A program made the position numbers and the translations under genes. 64,000 nt of DNA, from NCBI GenBank assembly GCA_016124755.1, contig WGNA01000031.1:1-64000 (forward strand), in the 5' to 3' direction. Shown here one piece after another: positions 18,215-28,173 of the stretch (positions are counted from its first letter, which is position 1; each line of letters begins with the position of its first letter). The stretch comes from Bacteroidota bacterium (GTDB taxonomy: Bacteria > Bacteroidota > Bacteroidia > NS11-12g > UBA9320). The notes under the pieces are model-generated. The model was not told the origin of the DNA. It saw only the letters and a program-made list of their open reading frames with translations, and searched no databases.

Positions 18215-18548
18215 CACCAACTTGTGGATCACTTCCATTTAAGTATTAAAAAGAACAAAATGCATTGTGCGAAGCGGATCCTAAAACAAGAATAGGATCG
18301 CGTGGGTGGCCGTCGGAAAGGCGGGATAGCCCCTGGGGGAATTTCTTATTTGGTAGAAAATCGGGGAAAATGCTTGACACTTCTTTCCCCAGATTTTCAA
18401 CAAATGATAAAGGGAGCTTGGGCAGCTTTTTTTCGACTTGATTTTTTGCTTATTTTTTTATCAAGTAAAAAGTGAGAAGAAATGCGAATGTAAATCAATA
18501 CCAAACTGATTTACAATAATGGTGTATCCAAACGAACGAGCATTTTAT
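18215..18548. repeat. family B repeat element, copy B2
   Basis: About 85% identical to 6420-6765, including the hairpin CTTATTTTTTTATCAAGTAAAAAGTGAG. Confidence 0.8.
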
Positions 18549-18749
18549 ATTAATTCGTTAAGCCTAAAAAATAAAATGTTTCAGTACAATGGATAAGTAT
18601 AAAAATATTAAAATAGGAACATTTGTTCTGGCCTGATAATGAATTTGTAAGAGATGAAAAGGCACTCAATATTTTTTTCGAGATGATAGATGAAAATGAT
18701 TTGTTGTATTGCTTAATGAGTTATTTTCGCTTTTGTAATAGCCACCTGT

Positions 18750-19337
18750 ATGAAGAAATGGATTGTGATATTTCTCACGATTTCTGTGCTTTTTAATTCG
18801 TGCAAAGAAGAAGTTGAAAGCGTTCCCGAATGCGAAAACTGTTTGCAGTTTACCGATCCGCAAGGAGTTAAACGAACCTTTACCATCTACTCAAAGGAGC
18901 TTTCCGATAATACCGGATACTTCGACACCGCAACCGGTAAGCAGGTTCCAAACACCAAACTAAATTTGTACTTCTCTGAATCTCCAACCAGTATTATCGG
19001 TATAACCTTATACACCAATGTGCCTTTCGATTTTAAAAGAAATTATACAAGTACCGGCAAGGTGGATTATTTGCCCGGCGGAAATATCAGTGGTGCATAT
19101 AACAAATCAATTGTTGTGTTTTGGGATGGAGGCAACACTGCGGCTTATTCGTATCTGGCGCTAAAATCAGATTTTAGGGTTGAGAATTATTCTTACTCTG
19201 AAAATGTATTCGATCAGCACATAATTAAGGGTGAATTGGATTTGGTTTTTGAACGCAGCGACTCCAGCCAAACAATACCGTCATTTGGAGTGAACAGGGC
19301 AGAAATCAACAAGGCTTTCTTAAATATTAAATTCTAA
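18750..19337 (+). CDS. hypothetical lipoprotein
   Basis: MKKWIVIFLTISVLFNSCKEE lipobox. Confidence 0.6.
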   Translation: MKKWIVIFLTISVLFNSCKEEVESVPECENCLQFTDPQGVKRTFTIYSKELSDNTGYFDTATGKQVPNTKLNLYFSESPTSIIGITLYTNVPFDFKRNYTSTGKVDYLPGGNISGAYNKSIVVFWDGGNTAAYSYLALKSDFRVENYSYSENVFDQHIIKGELDLVFERSDSSQTIPSFGVNRAEINKAFLNIKF

Positions 19338-19340
19338 CAG

Positions 19341-20588
19341 ATGAAGTTAAAAATAGCGGCATCAATTGGTGTTTTATTATTCCTTTCATCCTGTAAAGAC
19401 GATAGTGAAGTTGACCAACCGGTTAAACAATCTTCAGGTTTTCACAACAATCTGAATGGCTGGAATTACATTGGAAAAGCCACAAATACCATATCAAATA
19501 TTAATTCACCACAATTTATGTCCTACAAATTATTTTGTGGTAACACTTTTAATAATAAAGTTGATATTGTTTATCAGTTCGACAATGCAAACGATTACCC
19601 GACAACCCAAAGAGCACACAGATTGATATTTAATGCAGATGGTTCAACTTTTTTTTTCGGAACCATTAACGTTGATATTTATCCTTACAGCGCAAGTACT
19701 ACAGCTTCGCGTGAAATAAAAAGTGTAGCAACGAAGGGATTGTTAGAGGATGATATCTGCATGGTGATCGGGAGTCAAACCAACTCCAATCTGATCACAA
19801 GTGCCATTAAACCCCGATATAAAAGTGAGCATACAGAAGTATTTACAACGTTAAACGGATCCCCGATACTATGGAAAAAACAGGCATCTGATCTCACGCC
19901 TGACAATGGGTTTTTCGGAAATTATTTTATGGTAAAGCCATTGTATAAAGGGGATCAGTATCCTATTACTTTTGACGAAACAAGTGGCAATGTGCATGTT
20001 GCAGGTTATGTGGAGGATGACGGAACCTTAACATTGGCTTCCGTGGGGGGAGGTGCAGGATTTCGTGCTCTTTCTCTTTTTAAAAGTTCTATAGGTCTGG
20101 AAAATATCAACTGGAATGGGGTTTATGCCGGGCCGGTACACCATGCAATTCCCAAACATAATTTATCGGTGGCTTCTCTTTCAAATGGTGATGCCAATAC
20201 CGATTTATCTAAATCCCTTTTTGTGAGAATAAATGGAAGTCTGTACATGGTACTCGCATTTACCAATGGAGAAACCCGTCTCGTAGAAGCCGACCGCAAG
20301 AATTACATATTAAAGGTGAATTCGGATTATGTATATCCCGAGTCGGTAGCCAAAGAAAACTGGATAGGGTTGAGTGCCAGAGACATTGGAACAGTTTATA
20401 CATACTCTACCGGTCCGTTTACTATCAACGAATACGATGGTCACGGTACATCTTCTGTTCAATTGCCGGATTTTAAAAATTTTACCCCACAGGAAGGCGG
20501 CGTTGTTGGAGTAACCATGACCAACGACAGGCTTTATCTGATGATTTACAATGAATATGATATTTATATCTACACGAAAGATTTATAA
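19341..20588 (+). CDS. hypothetical lipoprotein
   Basis: MKLKIAASIGVLLFLSSCKDD lipobox. It starts 4 nt after the previous stop. Confidence 0.6.
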   Translation: MKLKIAASIGVLLFLSSCKDDSEVDQPVKQSSGFHNNLNGWNYIGKATNTISNINSPQFMSYKLFCGNTFNNKVDIVYQFDNANDYPTTQRAHRLIFNADGSTFFFGTINVDIYPYSASTTASREIKSVATKGLLEDDICMVIGSQTNSNLITSAIKPRYKSEHTEVFTTLNGSPILWKKQASDLTPDNGFFGNYFMVKPLYKGDQYPITFDETSGNVHVAGYVEDDGTLTLASVGGGAGFRALSLFKSSIGLENINWNGVYAGPVHHAIPKHNLSVASLSNGDANTDLSKSLFVRINGSLYMVLAFTNGETRLVEADRKNYILKVNSDYVYPESVAKENWIGLSARDIGTVYTYSTGPFTINEYDGHGTSSVQLPDFKNFTPQEGGVVGVTMTNDRLYLMIYNEYDIYIYTKDL

Positions 20589-20597
20589 CAGGGCATT

Positions 20598-22172
20598 ATG
20601 ATGAAAAAAATTAGTTCACTGTTGTTTCTGATCTCATCAATCTTTGTTGCGGATGCCCAGAATTTTAATACCAATTACGCCTGGAAATGGGCGGTTTTAA
20701 ATTATTCGTGTCCGGAAGATATTATTGATTACCCCACTGGTCTTGATTATAGTGAAGGGCCAGATTGTATGGGAATCGATAGCATGGGAAATGTTTATTT
20801 GTTTGGTCTTTTGGAGGTTTCGGAAGGTTTGGATTATACGCTGGCGGCGAACACAAATTCGGCCAAATCTTTTACTCAAAATAACCAGTACAACACCAAT
20901 GTTAACACTTCTCTCTACCTGATGAAACTGAACAACAAAGGAGAAATAGTGTGGTGTAAGGATATTGTTACACCTGGAATAGGAAAAGATATGGAGCTTA
21001 CTCTATACGTGGATGCAAAATCCGCTACTTCCCACATTTTATTAAATGCAGGTTTTGAAATCAAATTGAATGATGAGTTTGTTCACACTCCTTATTCCGG
21101 TGGAGTAAACGGCACCATGTTGTCTTTTAACTCGGAAGGGAATTTGATAGATACGGTTTGGTATATTAATAATCTCATTCCGGGTGATTCCGGTTCGTTC
21201 CTTTATACCAAGCCGGGTCCCTGGCCCAATCAGTTTGATATAGTGAGACATACTTTTTCCGGAGATAAAGTTCTTACCACTTTTAATTATAGCGTGCCGA
21301 ATCTAATTTATAATCCATATCAAAATGTTTACTACTCTTTTTCAGCCGGAAGCAGTTCTATCCGGATCTTCGATAAAGATTTGGTTCAGAAAAATAGCAT
21401 TATCATAACCGGTGATGCCCCGGATATGTTGGGAACCGATTTTAAAGTTGCGTTTAAAAAGAATGGCGATTTTATGATCACTTACTACGATCAAAAGGCT
21501 TACGCGAATTGGTTATTGTATATTGATTCAGATCATAAATGTAAATGGTTCAGAACCGCCGGAAGTGTGGCCGCATTTGATGGCGATGGAAATCCGTGGA
21601 CATATTATAAACAGTTGGGATTGGTTGAGGGTAAGCACATCGTTCCATTCAGAGGCGGATCCTGTGTGGCAATAAAGCTCGATGAAGAAAACGGGAATCT
21701 TACCGATGACTTTGTAGCGCCAACCTATACCAGTTTTTGCATAGGTTCAGATAACTTTCTTATTGATCAGCAGAATCGATTTTATATGGCTGGAACTTTT
21801 CGGTATGAAATTGAATTCGGTAAGACGGTGCTGAGTCAGGTTTGTTCCAATAAAGCTTTTGGCCGTACGCAATTTGTTTCGATGGCTACACCTGGAAAAG
21901 ATTCTACTCGTTTTTCAACTGGAATCAGAGAATTCGATTCCGAATTTACCACATCTGTTTATCCGGTTCCGTTTTCGGATCGATTGTTTGTAAATACAGA
22001 AAATGTAATTGATGAATTGTGTATTTATAATCTGAATGGTCAACAATTATTTAGAGTTTCTTTAAACGCATCGTTTGCAGAACTCGATCTTTCATTCCTG
22101 AATGCCGGAGTGTATCATTTAAAGCTGATTTCCGGGAACCGGATTACTTTCCGAAGAATCACTAAATATTGA
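20598..22172 (+). CDS. secreted protein with a T9SS C-terminal sorting domain
   Basis: Signal peptide. The C-terminus ...CIYNLNGQQLFRVSLNASFAELDLSFLNAGVYHLKLISGNRITFRRITKY is typical of the T9SS type-A CTD. Confidence 0.65.
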   Translation: MMKKISSLLFLISSIFVADAQNFNTNYAWKWAVLNYSCPEDIIDYPTGLDYSEGPDCMGIDSMGNVYLFGLLEVSEGLDYTLAANTNSAKSFTQNNQYNTNVNTSLYLMKLNNKGEIVWCKDIVTPGIGKDMELTLYVDAKSATSHILLNAGFEIKLNDEFVHTPYSGGVNGTMLSFNSEGNLIDTVWYINNLIPGDSGSFLYTKPGPWPNQFDIVRHTFSGDKVLTTFNYSVPNLIYNPYQNVYYSFSAGSSSIRIFDKDLVQKNSIIITGDAPDMLGTDFKVAFKKNGDFMITYYDQKAYANWLLYIDSDHKCKWFRTAGSVAAFDGDGNPWTYYKQLGLVEGKHIVPFRGGSCVAIKLDEENGNLTDDFVAPTYTSFCIGSDNFLIDQQNRFYMAGTFRYEIEFGKTVLSQVCSNKAFGRTQFVSMATPGKDSTRFSTGIREFDSEFTTSVYPVPFSDRLFVNTENVIDELCIYNLNGQQLFRVSLNASFAELDLSFLNAGVYHLKLISGNRITFRRITKY

Positions 22173-22231
22173 ATTTAGAATGATCAAGTTCTTTAAAGGT
22201 TTTAACAGTTAAATTAAAAAGAGTATTTTGG

Positions 22232-22909
22232 ATGAGGATGAGCCTTAATCGAATTTGTATTGGTTTGATTCTGATGTTCTACGCAACTTCAGCACATCCT
22301 CAAACCAGACTTGGAGTGAGCCTGATGCCGGGTTTTTCACAAATAACTCAAAGTTTAAATTTGGTAAATGCAAAGGTTAATTTAATCAGATCGGTTTGTG
22401 TTCAATCCGGGATTTACTGCGAACATGAATATGCAAATCATGTTTATTTCGGTCTCGTATTTAATTATTTTGGTGTACAAAGCAGTGAGAATTGGATATC
22501 GTATGATATTAATGTGCCGGATAAAGTACTATCGAGGTCAATCGTTACAAAACAAATAAATTGTTTTTCTGTCCCGGTATACGGTGGGTTTAAGATTGGA
22601 AAGTTTGGATTTACTACAGGAATTCAATCCGCAATTCTTCTGTCTTCGAATGGCAGAGAGCAAGGTGAAGTCTATGTTGATGGTCAGGTAATAAAGTTTA
22701 ATAGCGATTTTAATAAACTTAATATTGATCGACTGGACTATGGAGTAATGATGGGATTAAATTACACCTGGAAGGAATTGACTTTTGCCACAACTTTTTA
22801 TTACGGATTGAAAAATATTTCTAAATTGGATAATCACTTATTTAATTGGAGAATTCGCAGTTTTAATGTCGGAATAAATTATACAATTAAGAAGTGGGGG
22901 AATGAGTAA
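22232..22909 (+). CDS. outer-membrane beta-barrel (porin-like) protein
   Basis: Signal peptide, alternating beta-strand pattern, and a terminal aromatic residue. Confidence 0.5.
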   Translation: MRMSLNRICIGLILMFYATSAHPQTRLGVSLMPGFSQITQSLNLVNAKVNLIRSVCVQSGIYCEHEYANHVYFGLVFNYFGVQSSENWISYDINVPDKVLSRSIVTKQINCFSVPVYGGFKIGKFGFTTGIQSAILLSSNGREQGEVYVDGQVIKFNSDFNKLNIDRLDYGVMMGLNYTWKELTFATTFYYGLKNISKLDNHLFNWRIRSFNVGINYTIKKWGNE

Positions 22910-23675
22910 AGCTGCTTTACTGTTAATTCTTATATTTATCTTCTGTTCTTGTTCTAAGAAGGCCGGTGATACAGGTGGCAGCGTTATTAATCATAATATT
23001 TCATTTCCTGTTTTGACAGACACACTCAGTTGTGTTGATTTAAATCGAGGGGAAGACTTTTACAATCGAAGCGAATTCTCCTTTCAGGATTTTCAAGTGT
23101 GTTATATCGGTAAGGAATCAGATACCTTAATCGTAAATAATTATTACCGAATAAGTAAAATTCCATTGGAACCCAATACTACCATTATACCGAATAAACA
23201 TCGGTTACAGTATCGGGATCGGCTGTGTGATCATGTGCTATACGATTCAGATACAAATCGCCTTACCCGAATTCAAGAAAGCAGATGTGAAATCAGGGTG
23301 GATACCGCTCAGATTCTATATAGTGAATATCCGGTTTTGGTGCGCAATTCAGATTCGGTTCGGGTGGAAATTGGTTTTGAAAGCCATTTATTTCTGGAGA
23401 TAGAAGCGCTGGATTCAAATGGAAACTGGCAGATGATTATAAGCGATTGGAACAGTTTTCAGTGTGGACTTGGAAGTCATGTTTTTCTCAATCCGGGTGA
23501 AGTCGCACTTACATTTATTCCGATTCTGAGGGGAAATTATTATACCTCACTTCGGGTCAAAATGGGAATGAATTACTCCAACACTTTTCGGGGGCGAATT
23601 AATTATACCCAGTTTCATCCGGATCGGAAGCAGGATTTTTTGAAATTTAAATCACACCAGTCCAAAATAAACTAA
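22902..23675 (+). CDS. hypothetical lipoprotein
   Basis: LLLILIFIFCSCSKK lipobox. Overlaps the upstream gene by 8 nt. Confidence 0.55.
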   Translation: MSKAALLLILIFIFCSCSKKAGDTGGSVINHNISFPVLTDTLSCVDLNRGEDFYNRSEFSFQDFQVCYIGKESDTLIVNNYYRISKIPLEPNTTIIPNKHRLQYRDRLCDHVLYDSDTNRLTRIQESRCEIRVDTAQILYSEYPVLVRNSDSVRVEIGFESHLFLEIEALDSNGNWQMIISDWNSFQCGLGSHVFLNPGEVALTFIPILRGNYYTSLRVKMGMNYSNTFRGRINYTQFHPDRKQDFLKFKSHQSKIN

Positions 23676-23721
23676 ATGCTAAAAATTATTTTGGACAGGA
23701 GATAAACAAATTATAGATTGA

Positions 23722-24981
23722 ATGTTTAGCTTAAAAATAAAAGGGAAGTTATTGACGCTATTTGTCGTTTCAATAACTCCCTTTGTTTGTTGCGCCCAGA
23801 AAGTATCGGAAGAGAACTTTCAGAATCTGTTAACATATGATACTTCATTTTATCTGCATCCCACGGAAGGATTTGGTGCGCATGTTACCAATGAATTTCT
23901 GTATTCAACAGTAGGAAGCGATGTTTGGGTTGCTGCGAATTTTAATAGAAACCGGTCTACCATTACGTTGTACAACCTCACCCATTTCGATTCCTTTTCT
24001 CTTGTAATCCCTAGGAAAGTATTGAAAAAAACGGATGGCTGGTGCCCTTATGCATTGCATGTAAATGACTCTCTGCTCTTATTGCAGTATTTTAATTGGG
24101 TGGCCGTTTTCAAAGGAAGTCCTGCAGAACATAAATATAAGTTTGTTAATTGTTATGAATTACAGAATTGCCGAAAATCTTTTGTGTCAGGAAATTATTT
24201 TTATGCTATTGATGATTACAAGATACTTTCGTCTGAAGATGAACATCTAATTTACAAATTCAACCTGATTGATTTCGCTCTAACTCCCGATACCTTTATT
24301 AAAATTCAAACCGATTTGCCGGAATACTCTGTTTTTGGACCCGACTTCCGATATGTTCAGAAGGGAAAATATTTATACTATTTAAAGGTTGGTGAGCCTT
24401 ACATTTATCGGGTTGATGCATTAAGTTTTACCGACTCGTTTGAATTGCAGCAAAAGAATAGCTGGGTATATTGGGACAAGGATTTTTTGGATTCTCTTCG
24501 GTCAGTGAACCTGAATCCTGCGTATTCCGCACATTTCTGGATCAGCAAATTGCGGCACTATAAAAATCATCATTCCCGAACCCAATCCATGGAATTTGTA
24601 AATGATAGCATTGTCCTCATTTTAACTGAGCAGCCAAAGAGTGTTGAAGTTTGTGAAAATCCGGATAACTGTTCAGGAACAACGACACTTTACGAACTCT
24701 TTAATGTGAACACCGGGAAGAGTTTGTCATACGGAAATTATTACAAACGCTTAAACAAGAATGATTCATTAAATAAAAATTCATTTCCGTGTGGTTGTGT
24801 TCAGGGGTGTGGAAACGGGATTTGGAATACTGAATACGACTATTTCCTGGAATGGGGTGCACCGATAAATCCAATTGGAAAGACGTATGGTGAGTATGTT
24901 TCAGAACGAGATGCATGGTTATCCTCCAATATTCCCATTCTTGTGGTAAGAAGGTATAAATTAGCAATTCCGAATGAATAG
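23722..24981 (+). CDS. hypothetical secreted protein
   Basis: Signal peptide ...FVVSITPFVCCAQ. 419 aa. Confidence 0.55.
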   Translation: MFSLKIKGKLLTLFVVSITPFVCCAQKVSEENFQNLLTYDTSFYLHPTEGFGAHVTNEFLYSTVGSDVWVAANFNRNRSTITLYNLTHFDSFSLVIPRKVLKKTDGWCPYALHVNDSLLLLQYFNWVAVFKGSPAEHKYKFVNCYELQNCRKSFVSGNYFYAIDDYKILSSEDEHLIYKFNLIDFALTPDTFIKIQTDLPEYSVFGPDFRYVQKGKYLYYLKVGEPYIYRVDALSFTDSFELQQKNSWVYWDKDFLDSLRSVNLNPAYSAHFWISKLRHYKNHHSRTQSMEFVNDSIVLILTEQPKSVEVCENPDNCSGTTTLYELFNVNTGKSLSYGNYYKRLNKNDSLNKNSFPCGCVQGCGNGIWNTEYDYFLEWGAPINPIGKTYGEYVSERDAWLSSNIPILVVRRYKLAIPNE

Positions 24982-25426
24982 AATAATTGTTCTTCTTTTA
25001 ATCACGGTTTTGCTGACATCCACGAAGCAAGAAAGTCCATTTATACCGGAAGTCGCTGTTTCTCTACAAAACGATACACTTCGGTCAGACGATTTGCATC
25101 AGGGCAGTTTGTTAATTTTTTATAAACAGCCTTATTGTCACGACTGTCTTCCGGAAATGATCAAACATCTTCAGCATTCCAGAGAATTAAAACATCAGAT
25201 TTTTATTTTAATGGAGTCCGATAATATTATTATGCAGAGAACAGAATACAATTTTTTGTTGAATAAGGGTTGCCCCATTTCAGAATCGAATTTTTTGCGC
25301 TATCCGGTTTCTGGCTCTTCATCAAAAGGCCATTTATATGCTTTGAAATGCAATGATTCAACATCCATTAAATGGACATACGAAGAGATCATGAAAAAGA
25401 GAATCAGAAGGAAAACGAATCTGTAG
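24974..25426 (+). CDS. hypothetical secreted protein
   Basis: Signal peptide. 150 aa. Overlaps the previous gene by 8 nt. Confidence 0.5.
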   Translation: MNRIIVLLLITVLLTSTKQESPFIPEVAVSLQNDTLRSDDLHQGSLLIFYKQPYCHDCLPEMIKHLQHSRELKHQIFILMESDNIIMQRTEYNFLLNKGCPISESNFLRYPVSGSSSKGHLYALKCNDSTSIKWTYEEIMKKRIRRKTNL

Positions 25427-25432
25427 TATTTC

Positions 25433-25470
25433 ATGCTAAAAAAAAGCGCGACCCTTTCGAATCGCGCTTT
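25433..25470 (-). terminator. rho-independent (probably bidirectional) terminator
   Basis: A 9-bp perfect stem AAAGCGCGA/TCGCGCTTT with a 10-nt loop. On the minus strand it is followed by T8, downstream of the SPFH gene. Confidence 0.55.
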
Positions 25471-25490
25471 GCATTTCATGATCAGATTAT

Positions 25491-26588
25491 TTATTCCTTA
25501 CCGCCGAAAATCGTTTGTAATTGTTTCAGCATATCCGAGTTTCCGGAAACGGTAACCTCTCCGATTCGACTTGCGATTTTTTCGAGGTATTCCATTTCTT
25601 TCAATCGGAAGAGCATGGTGTTTTCTTCCAACAATTTGGCGGTGTTGAGCAGGCTTCGTGTCGAGGCGAATTCCTCGCGTCGGGTGATCACGTTGGCTTG
25701 AGCTTGTTTTTGAGCAACCAAAACCTGATTCATGATCTCCTTCACGTCTCCCGGAAGAATGATGTCTTTTACACCGGCATTGAGCACTACAACCCCAAGG
25801 GTGGCTGCAGGTTCAGCGATATTCGACATCACGTGATCGGTAATTACCTCTTTGTTTTCGAGGATTTCATCCAGCATTTGTGAACCGATAATTTCGCGGA
25901 GCAGCAACTGAGCAACGAGGTACAATTGTTTGTCGTAATCCTTGTTTTCCAGAATGGCTTTGCGCACATCTTTCACTTTATACTGAAGAGTAAAATTCAC
26001 CCGCAAGCTGGCTTTGTCTTTAGTCAGCATTTCTTGTCCGCTGATTTCCATCGACTGCAACCTTAGGTCAACTTTACTAATTGAGATTCGGGTGCTGTTT
26101 TTATAGAAATAATACGAACCGGCAGTGAGCAATTGTTTGTATTCGCCGTTGATCATCAAAACGGATTGTTCGAAAGAATCCACTTCTAATTTCCGGATAA
26201 TGCCGGAGAGGTGTTTATCGGCTAATTTTAAAATTAACGGATCGGTAATTCTCTCGGTTGAATCGACGTCAATTATTACGAATTGGAAATCGTGCAACCC
26301 TTTGAAATATACATACCTGCCCGCACCTAAAAGCGCGTGATACAACTTGTCACGGAGAACCACGCACATTTGTCCATCTGCTATTTCCACCAGGTGAATC
26401 GCCTGTTTGAAGACCGTGTTTCGAAGCAAAATGTTGAGATCAAATTTCGGCACATACAGATTTCCTGTTTGTACAATTTCAATCGTGTCTGTTAACGGAT
26501 TCACGAAGTGTGTACCCGCTTGCAGTACCCGGACCAGTTCCCGGTTTCGGTAAACCAGACCTACGGTTCCAATGTTAATACGTGTCAT
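25491..26588 (-). CDS. SPFH/band-7 (slipin/flotillin-like) domain protein
   Basis: 365 aa. The SPFH core pattern is ...TKDKASLRVNFTLQYKV...DEILENKEVITDHV...VLNAGVKDIILPGDVKE. Confidence 0.7.
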   Translation of the reverse strand: MTRINIGTVGLVYRNRELVRVLQAGTHFVNPLTDTIEIVQTGNLYVPKFDLNILLRNTVFKQAIHLVEIADGQMCVVLRDKLYHALLGAGRYVYFKGLHDFQFVIIDVDSTERITDPLILKLADKHLSGIIRKLEVDSFEQSVLMINGEYKQLLTAGSYYFYKNSTRISISKVDLRLQSMEISGQEMLTKDKASLRVNFTLQYKVKDVRKAILENKDYDKQLYLVAQLLLREIIGSQMLDEILENKEVITDHVMSNIAEPAATLGVVVLNAGVKDIILPGDVKEIMNQVLVAQKQAQANVITRREEFASTRSLLNTAKLLEENTMLFRLKEMEYLEKIASRIGEVTVSGNSDMLKQLQTIFGGKE

Positions 26589-26639
26589 AGTTGTATTTAT
26601 TAAGTGTTAAAAATTTGCTATCTAAATTCCCCCATTTGT

Positions 26640-27400
26640 GCTGATGATGCCGTGCGAAATGCTGCTTGGTTAAAATTACTCATCGGCATTCGTCTGTACG
26701 ATGAGATCCCGGAACGGTGTCTGAAAGTTTACACTGACAACTCGACTTGGATTTTATTCCTACACTAGATATCCTCGAGTTCGTCGGTGGGATGACGCTC
26801 CGTGGTGAACATTCCCCAATTTATGCTGACAATGCCATACATGAGTTACACTTAACCCATAAGTATTATCTGGCTTTCGTCAGTAATTCCCCAATTTCCG
26901 AATTCTCGAATTCCCCATTTCTTAATTCTTTTCATTTCTTTCATTGTTTAATTAAAAAGTGGGTTCCTTCGCTGCGCTCAGGATGACGGGGTTCTTTAGG
27001 CAATCAGAGGGATTCTTCGCTCTGCTCAGAATCCACATTCTCCAATTTATGCTGACAAAGCCATACGTGAGTTACACTGTACCCATAAGTATTATCTGGC
27101 TTTCGTCAGTAATTCCCGAATTCCCCAATTTATGCTGACAATGCCGTTCCAAAATCATTTTCTTCACCAATCACTCTCCAGGCATTCGTCAGTAATTCTT
27201 TTCATTTCTTTCATTCTTTAATTAAAAAGTGGGTTCCTTCGCTTCGCTTAGAAGGACGAGTATCTTCAAGCGTTACGAGGGATTCTTCGCTTTGCTCAGA
27301 ATCCAAATTCTCCCATTCCCGAATTCCCGAATTCCCCATTTCTTAATTCTTTTCATTTCTTTCATTCCTTAATTAATTTAAAAAGGTTTCCTCCCAACCC
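26640..27400. repeat. mosaic intergenic repeat array, family C, cluster 1
   Basis: Modules AATTTATGCTGACAATGCC / CATTCGTCAGTAAT (mutually complementary), TTCTTAATTCTTTTCATTTCTTTCATT, and a GGGGAAT/TGGAGAAT microsatellite. An 85-bp module GAGCGTCATCCCACCGACGAACTCGAGGATATCTGG... is also found at 49310-50100. Confidence 0.75.
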
Positions 27401-27920
27401 CGCCTGTCAACGGGATCTGCCTTAATTAATCTTTCATGCAGACAGATGATTGAATTTCTGTTTGAAGGATTTGATTTAATGATTTACTAAATCCGAATCA
27501 TTCAATTTCGTTCATCATGTGTCGGCTTGTTAGATTACTGAATCCGGCAGAGCCAGGGTATCCGAACGGTTGCAGAACAGATTATTTCCCGAAGGAAATT
27601 TTCGGCTCTGTGCGGTTGCGGAGGAACCTTTTTGGTTGCCGGTTTTTATACGCAGACCGGCGACTGCGATCATGACGGAAATTGTGAGTTTCCGTGGCTG
27701 GGTTTCCAATTAAAAGTTGGATCCATTTGCATTACTCTACCAACTGAGTTACTTCAACCTAAATGAAGGCGGGAATCGAACCCACGACAGATGCGTTTGG
27801 TGGTGTAGACTTCCCTTCAACAGTATATGATTACCTACCGGATCACACTTCGGTGCATGCAAAGCACCCGATTCGTTGTTGGTTTTGTCTGAACCTTCTT
27901 TGTCTGTTTGTTACAGACTT

Positions 27921-27992
27921 GCGGTGCTGAAGGGGCTCGAACCCTCAACCTTCCGATAGACAGTCGGATGCGCTACCATTGCGCCACAACAC
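27921..27992 (-). tRNA. tRNA-Asp (anticodon GTC)
   Basis: The reverse complement GGTGTTGTGGCGCAATGGTAGCGCATCCGACTGTCTATCGGAAGGTTGAGGGTTCGAGCCCCTTCAGCACCG folds as a cloverleaf. It has a 7-bp acceptor, D-arm GCGC/GCGC, anticodon loop CTGTCTA (GTC), and T-arm GAGGG-TTCGAGC-CCCTT. Confidence 0.85.
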
Positions 27993-28173
27993 CATATTTT
28001 AAAAAATACTTTCAAAGAACTTCCGGATTGTTTTTCTGTCTTTCCGTTTCGACGTTTCAAAGGTTTTTACTTGACTGCGCAGTCTTTTTGCGCAGAAAAA
28101 AATATTTTTGTTTTTTTAACTAACCTGCTGAAAAACAGGTAGAATTATTCGACAACTATTTTGGGGATTCGTT

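Noticed and set aside
27700-27920. tmRNA (ssrA) suggested by a T-arm/acceptor-like 3' end next to a tRNA-Ala-like anticodon hairpin
   Set aside because: No matching 5' acceptor strand, pseudoknot region or tag reading frame could be found. The tRNA-Asp gene sits where the tmRNA body would have to be.
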